Below, piece after piece: positions 1 to 14,800 of a stretch of 64,000 nt of DNA. Origin of the DNA: Squalus acanthias. Lineage: Eukaryota. Both the position numbers and the translations under genes were made by a program. Location: assembly GCA_030390025.1 (NCBI GenBank), contig CM059431.1, positions 94,242,001-94,306,000 of the forward strand. The letters run 5' to 3'. Position 1 is the stretch's first letter. Each line of letters begins with the position of its first letter. The notes beneath the pieces are model-generated. The model was not told the origin of the DNA, did no database searches, and worked only from the letters and a program-made list of their open reading frames with translations.

Positions 1-86
1 CTACTGAATTTACGGCGGAGAGGCGCTAACTTTTTCGAGGCGCTATATTAGCGTCCCAAAAGGCGCACCACCCAATTTTTCCCCCC
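1..86 (-). mobile_element. Terminus of a PIF/Harbinger element running off the window start
   Basis: Reverse complement reads GGGGGGAAAAATTGGGT...TTTTGGGACGCTAATAT, matching the left end of the Harbinger at 52896 (GGGGGGAAAATTGGGT...TTTTGGGGCGCTAATAT); several GCGCTA motifs. Confidence 0.7.
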
Positions 87-258
87 AAGTATCTTTACCA
101 CATCAGTAGGTTCGATTGATTCCTTCCCCTCCCTCATTTCCCATCCCCCATCCCAAATATTTGTATGAGTTTGGATCTGGAGTGCAGCTTGATCCTTGCA
201 AATTATCTTCGAGCACAAATTCAGAAAACTGTGCTCAATAATCCCCTTCATCAAATAG

Positions 259-350
259 GAGGCTGAGTAATGCAGTGTGTTAGCACATTTCCTTTTACCT
301 GTGGATGTTGGGTATGAATCCAGCCAAGATGGATGGGATGAACATCTCTC
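259..350 (+). mobile_element. Degenerate tRNA-derived SINE head (LF-SINE-like)
   Basis: A-box-like start, then CCTTTTACCTGTGG...GGGTATGAATCCAGCC, resembling a SINE B-box region; short and decayed. Confidence 0.3.
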
Positions 351-369
351 TGAGAGAGAAACTCACAGT

Positions 370-499
370 AAATGTTCCCGCTAATCATTTCTGGGCTGCG
401 CGGCCCATTCAAATTACCGCGCATGTGCGGTTCTTGCCATTGGAACGCCGTTGAGCGGCCTGCAGCAGATCACAGCGAGGCCACTAAATGGGAACATTG
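370..499. mobile_element. 130-bp hAT-type MITE
   Basis: TIRs AATGTTCCC (371-379) / GGGAACATT (490-498); perfect 8-bp TSD CTCACAGT at 362-369 and 500-507. Confidence 0.85.
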
Positions 500-989
500 C
501 TCACAGTACTGTGACATTTACAGCAGTCAACTGCTCATTGTTTTAACCTGGTACAAAGGATCATTCTGTAAACAATTCTCGCAATAGTTCTATATATTTA
601 TTTACATTGTAAATTAGTATTGGCAACTGGATACAATAACATTTTGTGGTAAAAGTCATTCATCCGTTAACACAAGAAAATCTTTACCCTGTTTAATGCA
701 TTCTATTCTTCAGCATCAACATCCCTCATTATGATGATTAAAGATAGCCATATAATTGGGCAGTTGTGATAGGACTTTAACGTGTGACAACAGTGAAAGG
801 GGCAGAAACTGCTGAAGACAGGATTAAGAGGATTAGGAAATGTTAGTAGGTCTATAGCCCATGTTAAATGGTTCCTTATTTTCTCACAGGACTCAAGGAG
901 TAAGTCCTCTCTTGAGTGAATTGATAACCCAAGGATATCCTGTTTGCTCATCCATCCATGCGGTACCTTGCTAATCCATCTCTAGACTG

Positions 990-1165
990 ATATAGAATCT
1001 TACAGCAGAGAAGGAGGCTATTCGGCCCATCGTGTCTGAACCTGTTCTTTGAAAGAGCTATCAACTTAGTCCTACTCCCCTGCCCTTTCCTCATAGCTCT
1101 ACAAATTTCTCCCTTTCAAGTATTTATTCAAATCCCTTTTGAAAGTGCATTCCAGATCATAACTA
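990..1165 (-). mobile_element. CR1 LINE 3' end fragment
   Basis: ATAGAATC tail plus GGAGGCTATTCGGCCCATCG, similar to CR1 3' ends at 15397 and 26649. Confidence 0.7.
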
Positions 1166-1608
1166 AATGGTTGCCTGCTATTCGCTTGTTTTATGGTCCC
1201 TGCTATGGGCTAACCATAACCTTCATTAATTCTGCCATGATAAGCCCTCTATGAGAATTTCAGACTCCCACATATCTGCAGTTTAATGGCTACTATTACC
1301 CATCACCATCCGGTCTTAATTTCTGCAGCATTAAATTGAGATAGAGCATATAAATGTTTCTATTTGCCATTGCATAGTTCCTCAAACACATAAATTTAAT
1401 AGAAAAATGTTGGATGGTTAATCAGAAAGGTTATTATTCTTTTCGGCTGCTAAAGAGGTGTGTTAAACCTATCTGAATCACATTAAACAGGGGAAACATA
1501 GTGAGTAATGATAGTAAGCTTTTATCAGTTCAATAACATTGCTTTGTAGAGCCAACATTCTCTTTAGCAGATAGCACAGGGACACGTAACATCTCTAGCA
1601 CACACAAT

Positions 1609-2104
1609 GGCCCAGAAATTCAGCCGAATACGGGAGAGTACGCACTGTGTACTCACCCGTATTCGGTCCCGAAGTGCTGGTTTCCTGCATGCACTGCGCA
1701 TGCGTGGGAAACCGGCACTTCCGATATTGCGAAGGGGGCGGTTCCTAAGTGAACCGCGTGTGCACTACAGGCTGTGCGCACGCAGCACACTGAGGTTTTT
1801 TTTCAGGTTTGAACGCGAGGGTAAGTATGGAAGATTTTACACATGAAAAAAGGAGGCGTAAGACCCCCTTTTAAAAAGGTAAGTAATTAATCAAGTATTA
1901 TTTTTAATTTTTTTCAACAGGTTTATCTTTTTTCGAGACTTTAAAGAAAGGTAAGTTTATTTTTATAACTTTTAAAAAGAATTTAATTTTTTTCAAAAAT
2001 TTAAGTTTTTGTTTAAAGTGGTTAATTTATTTAACTATAGTTATTTTATTAATGTGATGGTTTTTAAAAAAAAATTAATTGAGGTTTAGCTGTTCTTTTG
2101 GGGG
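1609..2104. mobile_element. Truncated Harbinger MITE (relative of 15634-16375)
   Basis: AAT followed by TIR GGCCCAGAAATT; body aligns with 15634-16120; right half missing. Confidence 0.8.
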
Positions 2105-2765
2105 CAAGTTAGTAGGTATAACTTGGAGGATGTCATGCTGAACCTGTATAATACCCTGGTCAGAAAATACCTTCCAAACCGTGTCTAGTTTTGGCTGCCA
2201 AAACACAGGAAGTATTCAGGCTCTGGGAGCACTGTAGAGAAGAGGATGAGGCTGATCACTGGCATCAGTTATGAAGAAAGACTAGAAAAAATAGTGCTTT
2301 GTAGCCTTGAAAAGAGGCCTTCTTCCAGTATATAAGAAATGAAATGGTATCGATAAGGTAAATCTCAACCATTATTTCAAGATCGGCCAAGTCATTAGAG
2401 CAAGGGGACCAGAGGCAATAACTGGCTAAAGGTCAATTTAGGACTGAGGTTAGGAAGGATCTTCACCAAAACAGTGAAGAATGTTTTGAATAATCTCCAG
2501 GTTTTTTTAAATATTTATTCACAGGATGAGGGCGACACTGGCAAAGTCAAATTTATTGCCCATCCTGGGCAGTCCTGAGAATGTGGTGGGCTTTCCACCT
2601 GAAGTACTGCAGTCCTTGTGCTGGTGGTACTCCCATGATTGTGTGAGATTGGGAATTCCATGATATTGACCCAATAATGATGATGGAATAATGATGTATT
2701 CCTAATTCAGGAGAGTGCATGGATCAGGGGAAGTTGGAGGAGATGGTGTTCCCATGACATTGTGA
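2105..2765. mobile_element. Old LINE fragments (CR1 RT C-terminus on +, then 3' end of the L2/CR1-group LINE on -)
   Basis: Decayed 'MLNLY..LV...F.VQFWLP' type sequence; 2510-2765 resembles 24596-24850. Confidence 0.55.
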
Positions 2766-2802
2766 AATAATTATTCATGTTATTAGTATTAGCACATTCA
2801 AA

Positions 2803-5800
2803 GTAGCACCCAGCAATGTCACACTCGGTGCAGTACCCAGCAGTGTCACACTCGGTGTAGTACCCAGCAGTGTCACACTCGGTGCAGTACCCAGTAGTGT
2901 CACACTCGGTGTAGTACCCAGCAGTGTCACACTCGGTGTAGTACCCAGCAGTGTCACACTTGGAGCAGTACCCAGCAGTGTCACACTCGGTGTAGTACCC
3001 AGCAGTGTCACACTTGGAGCAGTACCCAGCAGTGTCACACTCGGTGTAGTACCCAGCAGTGTCACACTCGGTGTAGTACCCAGCAGTGTCACACTCGGTG
3101 TAGTACCCAGTAGTGTCACACTCGGTGTAGTACCCAGCAGTGTCACACTCGGTGTAGTACCCAGCAGTGTCACACTCGGTGTAGTACCCAGCAGTGTCAC
3201 ACTTGGTGTAGTACCCAGCAGTGTCACACTCGGTGCAGTACCCAGCAGTGTCACACTCGGTGTAGTACCCAGCAGTGTCACACTCGGTGTAGTACCCAGC
3301 AGTGTCACACTCGGTGTAGTACCCAGCAGTGACACACTCGGTGCAGTACCCAGCAGTGTCACACTCGGTGTAGTACCCAGCAGTGTCACACTCGGTGTAG
3401 TGCCCAGCAGTGTCACACTTGGTGCAGTACCCAGCAGTGTCACACTTGGTGCAGTACCCAGCAGTGTCACACTCGGTGTAGTACCCAGCAGTGTCACACT
3501 CGGTGTAGTGCCCAGCAGTGTCACACTTGGTGCAGTACCCAGCAGTGTCACACTCGGTGTAGTACCCAGCAGTGTCACACTCGGTGTAGTGCCCAGCAGT
3601 GTCACACTTGGTGCAGTACCCAGCAGTGTCACACTTGGTGCAGTACCCAGCAGTGTCACACTTGGTGCAGTACCCAGCAGTGTCACACTTGGTGCAGTAC
3701 CCAGCAGTGTCACACTCGGTGTAGTACCCAGCAGTGTCACACTCGGTGTAGTGCCCAGCAGTGTCACACTTGGTGCAGTACCCAGCAGTGTCACACTTGG
3801 TGCAGTACCCAGCAGTGTCACACTCGGTGTAGTACCCAGCAGTGTCACACTCGGTGTAGTGCCCAGCAGTGTCACACTTGGTGCAGTACCCAGCAGTGTC
3901 ACACTGGTGTAGTACCCAGCAGTGTCACACTCGGTGTAGTGCCCAGCAGTGTCACACTTGGTGCAGTACCCAGCAGTGTCACACTTGGTGCAGTACCCAG
4001 CAGTGTCACACTTGGTGCAGTACCCAGCAGTGTCACACTTGGTGCAGTACCCAGCAGTGTCACACTCGGTGTAGTACCCAGCAGTGTCACACTCGGTGTA
4101 GTACCAGCAGTGTCACACTCGGTGTAGTACCCAGTAGTGTCACACTCGGTGTAGTACCCAGCAGTGTCACACTCGGTGTAGTACCCAGCAGTGTCACACT
4201 CGGTGTAGTACCCAGCAGTGTCACACTCGGTGTAGTACCCAGCAGTGTCACACTTGGTGCAGTACCCAGCAGTGTCACACTTGGTGCAGTATCCAGCAAT
4301 GTCACACTCGGTGTAGTACCCATCAGTGTCACACTCGGTGTAGTACCAGCAGTGTCACACTCGGTGTAGTACCAGCAGTGTCACACTCGGTGTAGTACCC
4401 AGCAGTGTCACACTCGGTGTAGTACCCAGCACTGTCACACTCGGTGTAGTACCCAGCAGTGTCACACTCGGCGCAGTGCCCAGCAGTGTCACATTCGGTG
4501 TAGTACCCAGCACTGTCACACTCGGTGTAGTACCCAGCAGTGTCACACTTGGTGCAGTACCCAGCAGTGTCACACTCGGTGTAGTACCCAGCAGTGTCAC
4601 ACTCGGTGTAGTACCCAGCAGTGTCACACTCGGTGTAGTGCCCAGCAGTGTCACACTTGGTGCAGTACCCAGCAGTGTCACACTTGGTGCAGTACCCAGC
4701 AGTGTCACACTCGGTGTAGTACCCAGCAGTGTCACACTCGGTGTAGTGCCCAGCAGTGTCACACTTGGTGCAGTACCCAGCAGTGTCACACTGGTGTAGT
4801 ACCCAGCAGTGTCACACTCGGTGTAGTGCCCAGCAGTGTCACACTTGGTGCAGTACCCAGCAGTGTCACACTTGGTGCAGTACCCAGCAGTGTCACACTT
4901 GGTGCAGTACCCAGCAGTGTCACACTTGGTGCAGTACCCAGCAGTGTCACACTCGGTGTAGTACCCAGCAGTGTCACACTCGGTGTAGTACCAGCAGTGT
5001 CACACTCGGTGTAGTACCCAGTAGTGTCACACTCGGTGTAGTACCCAGCAGTGTCACACTCGGTGTAGTACCCAGCAGTGTCACACTCGGTGTAGTACCC
5101 AGCAGTGTCACACTCGGTGTAGTACCCAGCAGTGTCACACTTGGTGCAGTACCCAGCAGTGTCACACTTGGTGCAGTATCCAGCAATGTCACACTCGGTG
5201 TAGTACCCAGCAGTGTCACACTCGGTGTAGTACCAGCAGTGTCACACTCGGTGTAGTACCAGCAGTGTCACACTCGGTGTAGTACCCAGCAGTGTCACAC
5301 TCGGTGTAGTACCCAGCACTGTCACACTCGGTGTAGTACCCAGCAGTGTCACACTCGGCGCAGTGCCCAGCAGTGTCACATTCGGTGTAGTACCCAGCAC
5401 TGTCACACTCGGTGTAGTACCCAGCAGTGTCACACTTGGTGCAGTACCCAGCAGTGTCACACTCGGTGTAGTACCCAGCAGTGTCACACTCGGTGTAGTA
5501 CCCAGCAGTGTCACACTCGGTGTAGTGCCCAGCAGTGTCACACTCGGTGTAGTACCCAGCAGTGTCACACTCGGCGCAGTACCCAGCAGTGTCACATTCG
5601 GTGTAGTACCCAGCAGTGTCACATTCGGGGTAGTACCCAGCAGTGTCACACTCGGTGTAGTACCCGGCAGTGTCACACTCGGTGTAGTACCCAGCAGTGT
5701 CACACTCGGTGTAGTACCCAGCAGTGTCACACTCGATGTAGTACCCAGCAGTGTCACACTTGGTGTAGTACCCAGTAGTGTCACACTCGGTGTAGTACCC

Positions 5801-8800
5801 AGCAGTGTCACACTCGATGTAGTACCCAGCAGTGTCACACTTGGTGTAGTACCCAGCAGTGTCACACTCGGTGTAGAACCCAGCAGTGTCACACTTGGTG
5901 TAGTACCCAGCAGTGTCACACTCGGTGTAGTACCCAGCAGTGTCACACTCGGCGCAGTGCCCAGCAGTGTCACACTTGGTGTAGTACCCAGCAGTGTCAC
6001 ACTCGGTGTAGTACCAGCAGTGTCACACTCGGTGCAGTACCGACCAGTGTCACACTCGGTGTAGTACCCAGCAGTGTCACACTCGGTGTAGTACCCAGCA
6101 ATGTCACACTCGGTGTAGTACCCAGCAGATTCACACTTGTTGTAGTACCCAGCAGTGTCACACTCGGTGTAGTACCCAGCAGATTCACACTTGTTGTAGT
6201 ACCCAGCAGTGTCACACTCGGTGTAGTACCCAGCAGTGTCACACTCGGTGTAGTACCCAGCAGTGTCACACTCGGTGTAGTACCCAGCAGTGTCACACTC
6301 GGTGTAGTACCCAGCAGTGTCACACTCGGTGTAGTACCCAGCAGTGTCACACTCGGTGTAGTACCCAGCAGTGTCACAATCGGTGTAGTACCCAGCAGTG
6401 TCACACTCGGTGTAGTACCCAGCAGTGTCACACTCGGTGTAGTACCCAGCAGTGTCACACTCGGTGTAGTACCCAGCAGTGTCACACTCGGTGTGGTACC
6501 CAGCAGTGACACACTCGGTGCAGTACCCAGCAGTGTCACACTCGGTGTAGTACCCAGCAGTGTCACACTCGGTGTAGTACCCAGCAGTGTCACACTCGGT
6601 GTAGTACCCAGCAGTGTCACACTCGGTGTAGTACCCAGCAGTGTCACACTCGGTGTAGTACCAGCAGTGTCACACTCGGTGCAGTACCGAGCAGTGTCAC
6701 ACTCGGTGTTGTACCCAGCAGTGTCACACTCGGTGTAGTACCCAGCAGTGTCACACTCGGTGTGGTACCCAGCAGTGACACACTCGGTGCAGTACCCAGC
6801 AGTGTCACACTCGGTGTAGTACCCAGCAGTGTCACACTCGGTGTAGTACCCAGCAGTGTCACACTCGGTGTGGTACCCAGCAGTGACACACTCGGTGCAG
6901 TACCCAGCAGTGTCACACTCGGTGTAGTACCCAGCAGTGACACACTCGGTGCAGTACCCAGCAGTGACACACTCGGTGTAGTACCCAGCAGTGTCACACT
7001 CGGTGTAGTACCCAGCAGTGTCACACTTGTTGTAGTACCCAGCAGTGTCACACTCGGTGCAGTACCCAGCAGTGTCACACTCGGTGTAGTGCCCAGCAGT
7101 GTCACACTTGGTGCAGTACCCAGCAGTGTCACACTTGGTGCAGTACCCAGCAGTGTCACACTAGGTGCAGTACCCAGCAGTGTCACACTCGGTGTAGTAC
7201 CCAGCAGTGTCACACTCGGTGTAGTACCCAGCAGTGTCACACTCGGTGTAGTACCCAGCAGTGTCACACTCGGTGTAGTACCCAGCAGTGTCACACTCGG
7301 TGTAGTACCAGCAGTGTCACACTCGGTGCAGTACCGAGCAGTGTCACACTCGGTGTTGTACCCAGCAGTGTCACACTCGGTGTAGTACCAGCAGTGTCAC
7401 ACTCGGTGTAGTACCCAGCAGTGTCACACTCGGTGTAGTACCAGCAGTGTCACACTCGGTGTAGTATCCAGCAGTGTCACACTCGGTGTAGTACCCAGCA
7501 GTGTCACACTCGGTGTAGTACCCAGCAGTGACACACTCGGTGCAGCACCCAGCAGTGTCACACTCAGTGTAGTACCCAGCAGTGTCACACTTGTTGTAGT
7601 ACCCAGCAGTGTCACACTCGTTGCAGTACCCAGCAGTGTCACACTCGGTGTAGTACCCAGCAGTGTCACACTTGTTGTAGTACCCAGCAGTGTCACACTC
7701 GGTGTAGTACCCAGCAGTGTCACACTCGGTGTAGTACCCAGCAATGTCACACTCGGTGTAGTACCCAGCAATGTCACACTCGGTGTAGTACCCAGCAGTG
7801 TCACACTCGGTGTAGTACCCAGCAATGTCACACTCGGTGTAGTACCCAGCAGTGACACACTCGGTGTAGTACCCAGCAGTGTCACACTCAGTGTAGTACC
7901 CAGCAATGTCACACTCGGTGTAGTACCCAGCAATGTCACACTCGGTGTAGTACCCAGCAGTGACACACTCGGTGTAGTACCCAGCAGTGTCACACTCGGT
8001 GTAGTACCAGCAGTGTCACACTCGGTGTAGTACCAGCAGTGTCACACTCGGTGTAGTACCCAGCAGTGTCACACTCGGTGTAGTACCCAGCACTGTCACA
8101 CTCGGTGTAGTACCCAGCACTGTCACACTCGGTGCAGTACCCAGCACTGTCACACTCGGTGTAGTACCCAGCAGTGTCACACTCGGCGCAGTGCCCAGCA
8201 GTGTCACACTTGGTGTAGTACCCGGCAGTGTCACACTCGGTGTAGTACCCAGCAGTGTCACACTCGGCGCAGTGCCCAGCAGTGTCACACTTGGTGTAGT
8301 ACCCAGCAGTGTCACACTCGGCGCAGTGCCCAGCAGTGTCACACTTGGTGTAGTACCCAGTAGTGTCACACTCGGTGTAGTACCCAGCAGTGTCACACTC
8401 GGTGTAGTACCCAGCAGTGTCACACTCGGTGTAGTACCCAGCAGTGTCACACTCGGTGTAGTACCCAGCAGTGACACACTCGGTGTAGTACCCAGCAGAG
8501 TCACACTCGGTGTAGTACCCAGCAGTGTCACACTCGATGTAGTGCCCAGCAGTGTCACACTCGGTGTAGTACCCAGCAGTGTCACACTCGATGTAGTACC
8601 CAGCAGTGTCACACTTGGTGTAGTACCCAGCAGTGTCACACTCGGTGTAGAACCCAGCAGTGTCACACTTGTTGTAGTACCCAGCAGTGTCACACTCGGT
8701 GTAGTACCCAGCAGTGTCACACTTGGTGCAGTACCCAGCAGTGTCACACTCGGTGTAGTACCCAGCAGTGTCACACTCGATGTGGTACCCAGCAGTGTCA

Positions 8801-11800
8801 CACTTGGTGTAGTACCCAGTAGTGTCACACTCGGTGTAGTACCCAGCAGTGTCACACTCGATGTAGTACCCAGCAGTGTCACACTTGGTGTAGTGCCCAG
8901 CAGTGTCACACTCGGTGTAGTGCCCAGCAGTGTCACACTCGGTGTAGTACCCAGCAGTGACACACTCGGTGCAGTACCCAGCAGTGTCACACTCGGTGTA
9001 GTACCCAGCAGTGTCACACTCAGTGTAGAACCCAGCAGTGTCACTGTCGGTGCAGTACCCAGCAGTGTCACACTCGGTGTAGTGCCCAGCAGTGTCACAC
9101 TTGGTGCAGTACCCAGCAGTGTCACACTTGGTGCAGTACCCAGCAGTGTCACACTCGGTGTAGTACCCAGCAGTGTCACACTCGGTGTAGTACCCAGCAG
9201 TGTCACACTCAGTGTAGTACCAGCAGTGTCACACTCGGTGTAGTACCCAGCAGTGTCACACTCGGTGTAGTACCCAGCAGTGTCACACTCGGTGTAGTAC
9301 CAGCAGTGTCACACTCGGTGCAGTACCGAGCAGTGTCACACTCGGTGTAGTGCCCAGCAGTGTCACACTCGGTGTAGTACCCAGCAGTGTCACACTCGGT
9401 GTAGTACCAGCAGTGTCACACTCGGTGTAGTATTCAGCAGTGTCACACTCGGTGTAGTACCCAGCAGTGTCACACTCGGTGTAGTACCCAGCAGTGTCAC
9501 ACTCGGTGTAGTACCCAGCAGTGTCACACTTGTTGTAATACCCAGCAGTGTCACACTCGGTGTAGTACCCAGCAGTGTCACACTCGGTGTAGTACCCAGC
9601 AGTGTCACACTCGGTGTAGTACCAGCAGTGTCACACTCGATGCAGTACCCAGCAGTGTCACACTCGATGCAGTACCCAGCAGTGTCACACTCGGTGTAGT
9701 ACCCAGCTGTGTCACACTTGTTGTAGTGCCCAGCAGTGTCACATTCGGTGTAGTACCCAGCAGTGTCACACTCGTTGCAGTACCCAGCAGTGTCACACTC
9801 GGTGTAGAACCCAGCAGTGTCACACTCGTTGCAGTACCCAGCAGTGTCACACTCAGTGCAGTACCCAGCAGTGTCACACTCGGTGCAGTACCCAGCAGTG
9901 TCACACTTGTTGTAGTACCCAGCAGTGTCACACTCGGTGTAGAACCCAGCAGTGTCACACTCGTTGCAGTACCCAGCAGTGTCACACTCGGTGCAGTACC
10001 CAGCAGTGTCACACTTGTTGTAGTACCCAGCAGTGTCACACTTGGTGCAGTACCCAGCAGTGTCACACTCGGTGTAGTACCCAGCAGTGTCACACTCGGT
10101 GTAGTACCAGCAGTGTCACACTCGGTGCAGTACCCAGCAGTGTCACACTCGGTGTAGTACCCAGCAGTGTCACACTCGGTGTAGTACCCAGCAGTGTCAC
10201 ACTTGGTGTAGTACCCAGCAGTGTCACACTTGGTGCAGTACCCAGCAGTGTCACACTCGGTGTAGTACCCAGCAGTGTCACACTCAGTGTAGTACCCAGC
10301 AGTGTCACACTCGGTGTAGTACCCAGCAGTGTCACACTCGGTGTAGTACGCAGCAGTGTCACACTCGGTGTAGTACCAGCAGTGTCACACTCGGTGTAGT
10401 ACCCAGCAGTGTCACACTCGGCGCAGTACCCAGCAGTGTCACACTCGGTGTAGTACCCAGCAGTGTCACACTCGGTGTAGTACCCAGCAGTGTCACACTC
10501 GGTGTAGTACCCAGCAGTGTCACACTCGGTGTAGTACGCAGCAGTGTCACACTCGGTGTAGTACCAGCAGTGTCACACTCGGTGCAGTACCCAGCAGTGT
10601 CACACTTGTTGTAGTACCCAGCAGTGTCACACTCGGTGTTGTACCCAGCAGTGTCACACTCGGTGCCGTACCCAGCAGTGTCACACTCGGTGTAGTACCC
10701 AGCAGTGTCACACTCGGTGCAGTACCCAGCAGTGTCACACTCGGTGCAGTACCCAGCAGTGTCACACTCAGTGTAGTACCCAGCAGTGTCACACTCGGTG
10801 GAGTACCAGCATTGTCACACTCGGTGTAGTACCCAGCAGTGTCACACTCGGTGGAGTACCAGCAGTGTCACACTCGGTGTAGTGCCCAGCAGTGTCACAC
10901 TCGGTGTAGTACCCAGCAGTGTCACACTCGGTGTAGTACCCAGCAGTGTCACACTCGGTGGAGTACCAGCAGTGTCACACTCGGTGTAGTACCCAGCAGT
11001 GTCACACTCGGTGTAGTACCCAGCACTGTCACACTCGGTGTAGTACCCAGCAGTGTCACACTCGGTGTAGTACCCAGCAGTGTCACACTCGATGTAGTAC
11101 CCAGCAGTGTCACACTTGGTGTAGTACCCAGTAGTGTCACACTCGGTGTAGTGCCCAGCAGTGTCACACTCGGTGCAGTACCCAGCAATGACACACTCGG
11201 TGTAGTACCCAGCAGAGTCACACTCGGTGTAGTACCCGGCAATGACACACTTGGTGCAGTACCCAGCAGTGTCACTGTCGGTGCAGTACCCAGCAGTGTC
11301 ACACTCGGTGTAGTACCCAGCAGTGTCACACTCGGTGTAGTGCCCAGCAGAGTCACACTCGGTGCAGTACCCAGCAGTGTCACACTCGGTGTAGTACCCA
11401 GCAATGACACACTCGGTGCAGTACCCAGCAGTGTCACACTTGGTGCAGTACCCAGCAGTGTCACACTTGGTGCAGTACCCAGCAGTGTCACACTTGGTGC
11501 AGTACCCAGCAGTGTCACACTCAGTGTAGTACCAGCAGTGTCACACTCGGTGTAGTACCCAGCAGTGTCACACTCGGTGTAGTACCCAGCAGTGTCACAC
11601 TCGGTGTAGTACCAGCAGTGTCACACTCGATGTAGTACCCAGCAGTGTCACACTCGGTGTAGTACCCAGCAGTGTCACACTCGGTGTAGTACCCAGCAGT
11701 GTCACACTCGGTGTAGTACCCAGCAGTGTCACACTCAGTGTAGTACCCAGCAGTGTCACACTCGGTGTAGTACCCAGCAGTGTCACACTCGGTGTAGTAC

Positions 11801-14800
11801 CCAGCAGTGTCACACTCAGTGTAGTACCCAGCAGTGTCACACTTGTTGTAATACCCAGCAGTGTCACACTCGGTGTAGTACCCAGCAGTATCACACTCGG
11901 TGTAGTACCAGCAGTGTCACACTCGGTGCAGTACCCAGCAGTGTCACACTCGGTGTAGTACCCAGCAGTGTCACACTCGGTGTAGTACCCAGCAGTGTCA
12001 CACTCGGTGTAGTACCCAGCAGTGTCACACTCGGTGTAGTACCCAGCAGTGTCACACTCGGTGTAGTACCCAGCAGTGTCACACTCGGTGTAGTACCCAG
12101 CAGTGTCACACTCGGTGTAGTACCCAGCAGTGTCACACTCGGTGTAGTACCAGCAGTGTCACACTCGATGCAGTACCCAGCAGTGTGACACTCGATGCAG
12201 TACCCAGCAGTGTCACACTCGGTGTAGTACCAGCAGTGTCACACTCGGTGTAGTACCCAGCAGTGTCACACTCGGCACATTGCCCAGCAGTGTCACACTT
12301 GGTGTAGTACCCGGCAGTGTCACACTCGGTGTAGTACCCAGCAGTGTCACACTCGGTGTAGTACCCAGCAGTGTCACACTCGGTGTAGTACCCAGCAGTG
12401 TCACACTCGGTGTAATACCCAGCAGTGTCACACTCGGTGTAATACCCAGCAGTGTCACACTCGGTGTAGTACCCAGCAGTGTCACACTCGGTGTAGTACC
12501 AGCAGTGTCACACTCGGTGTAGTACCCAGCAGTGTCACACTCGGTGTAGTACCCAGCAGTGACACACTCGGTGCAGTACCCAGCAGTGTCACACTCGGTG
12601 TAGTACCCAGCAGTGTCACACTCGGTGCAGTACCCAGCAGTGTCACACTTGTTGTAGTACCCAGCAGTGTCACACTCGGTGTAGTATTCAGCAGTGTTAC
12701 ACTCGGTGTAGAACCCAGCAGTGTCACACTCGTTGCAGTACCCAGCAGTGTCACACTCGGTGCAGTACCCAGCAGATTCACACTTGTTGTAGTACCCAGC
12801 AGTGTCACACTCGGTGTAGTACCCAGCAGTGTCACACTTGGTGTAGTACCCAGCAGTGTCACACTCGGTGTAGTACCCAGCAGTGTCACACTCGGTGTAG
12901 TACCCAGCAGTGTCACACTCGGTGTAGTACCCAGCAATGACACACTCGGTGTAGTGCCCAGCAGTGTCACACTCAGTGTAGTACCCAGCAGTGTCACACT
13001 CGGTGTAGTACCAGCAGTGTCACACTCGGTGTAGTACCCAGCAGTGTCACACTCGGTGTAGTACCCAGCAGTGTCACACTCGGTGTAGTACCAGCAGTGT
13101 CACACTCGGTGCAGTACCCAGCAGTTTCACACTTGTTGTAGTACCCAGCAGTGTCACACTCGGTGTAGTACCCAGCAGTGTCACACTCGGTGTAGTACCC
13201 AGCAGTGTCACACTCGGTGTAGTACCCAGCAGTGTCACACTCGGTGTAGTACCCAGCAGTGTCACACTCAGTGTAGTACCCAGCAGTGTCACACTCGGTG
13301 TAGTACCAGCAGTGTCACACTCGGTGTAGTACCCAGCAGTGTCACACTCGGTGTAGTACCCAGCAGTGTCACACTCAGTGTAGTACCCAGCAGTGTCACA
13401 CTCGGTGTAGTACCAGCAGTGTCACACTCGGTGTAGTGCCCAGCAGTGTCACACTCGGTGTAGTGCCCAGCAGTGTCACACTCGGCGCAGTGCCCAGCAG
13501 TGTCACACTTGGTGTAGTACCCGGCAGTGTCACACTCGGTGTAGTACCCAGCAGTGTCACACTCGGTGTAGTACCCGGCAGTGTCACACTCGGTGTAGTA
13601 CCCAGCAGTGTCACACTCGGTGTGGTACCCAGCAGTGTCACACTCGGTGTAGTACCCAGCAGTGTCACACTCGGTGTAGTACCCAGCAGTGTCACACTCG
13701 GCGCAGTGCCCAGCAGTGTCACACTTGTTGTAGTACCCAGCAGTGTCACACTCGGTGTAGTACGCAGCAGTGTCACACTCGGTGTAGTACCCAGCAGTGT
13801 CACACTTGTTGTAGTACCCAGCAGTGTCACACTCGGTGCAGTACCCAGCAGTGTCACACTCGGTGTAGTACCCAGCAGTGTCACACTCGGTGGAGTACCA
13901 GCAGTGTCACACTCGGTGTAGTACCCAGCAGTGTCACACTCGGTGTAGTACCCAGCAGTGTCACACTCGGTGTAGTACCCAGCAGTGTCACACTCGGTGT
14001 AGTGCCCAGCAGTGTCACACTCGGTGTAGTACCCAGCAGTGTCACACTCAGTGTAGTACCCAGCAGTGACACATTCGGTGTAGTACCCAGCAGTGTCACA
14101 CTCGGTGCAGTACCCAATAGTGTCACACTCGGTGTAGTACCCAGCAGTGTCACACTCGGTGTAGTACCCAGCAGTGTCACACTCGCTGCAGTACCCAGCA
14201 GTGTCACACTCGGTGTAGTACCCAGCAGTGTCACACTCGGTGGAGTACCAGCAGTGTCACACTCGGTGCAGTATCCAGCAGTGTCACACTCGGTGTAGTA
14301 CCCAGCAGTGTCACATTCGGTGTAGTACCCAGCAGTGTCACACTCGGTGTAGTACCCAGCAGTGTCACACTCGGTGCAGTACCCAGCAGTGTCACACTCG
14401 GTGTAGTACCCAGCAGTGTCACATTCGGTGCAGTACCCAGCAGTGACACACTCGGTGTAGTACCCAGCAGTGTCACACTCGGTGCAGTACCCAGCAGTGT
14501 CACACTCGGTGTAGTACCCAGCAGTGTCACATTCGGTGCAGTACCCAGCAGTGTCACACTTGGTGCAGTACCCAGCAGTGTCACACTCGGTGTAGTACCC
14601 AGCAGTGTCACACTCGGTGCAGTACCCAGCAGTGTCACACTCGGTGTAGTACCCAGCAGTGTCACACTCGGTGTAGTACCCAGCAGTGTCACACTCGGTG
14701 TAGTACCCAGCAGTGTCACACTCGGTGTAGTACCCAGTAGTGTCACACTCGGTGTAGTACCCAGCAGTGTCACACTCGGTGTAGTACCCAGCAGTGTCAC

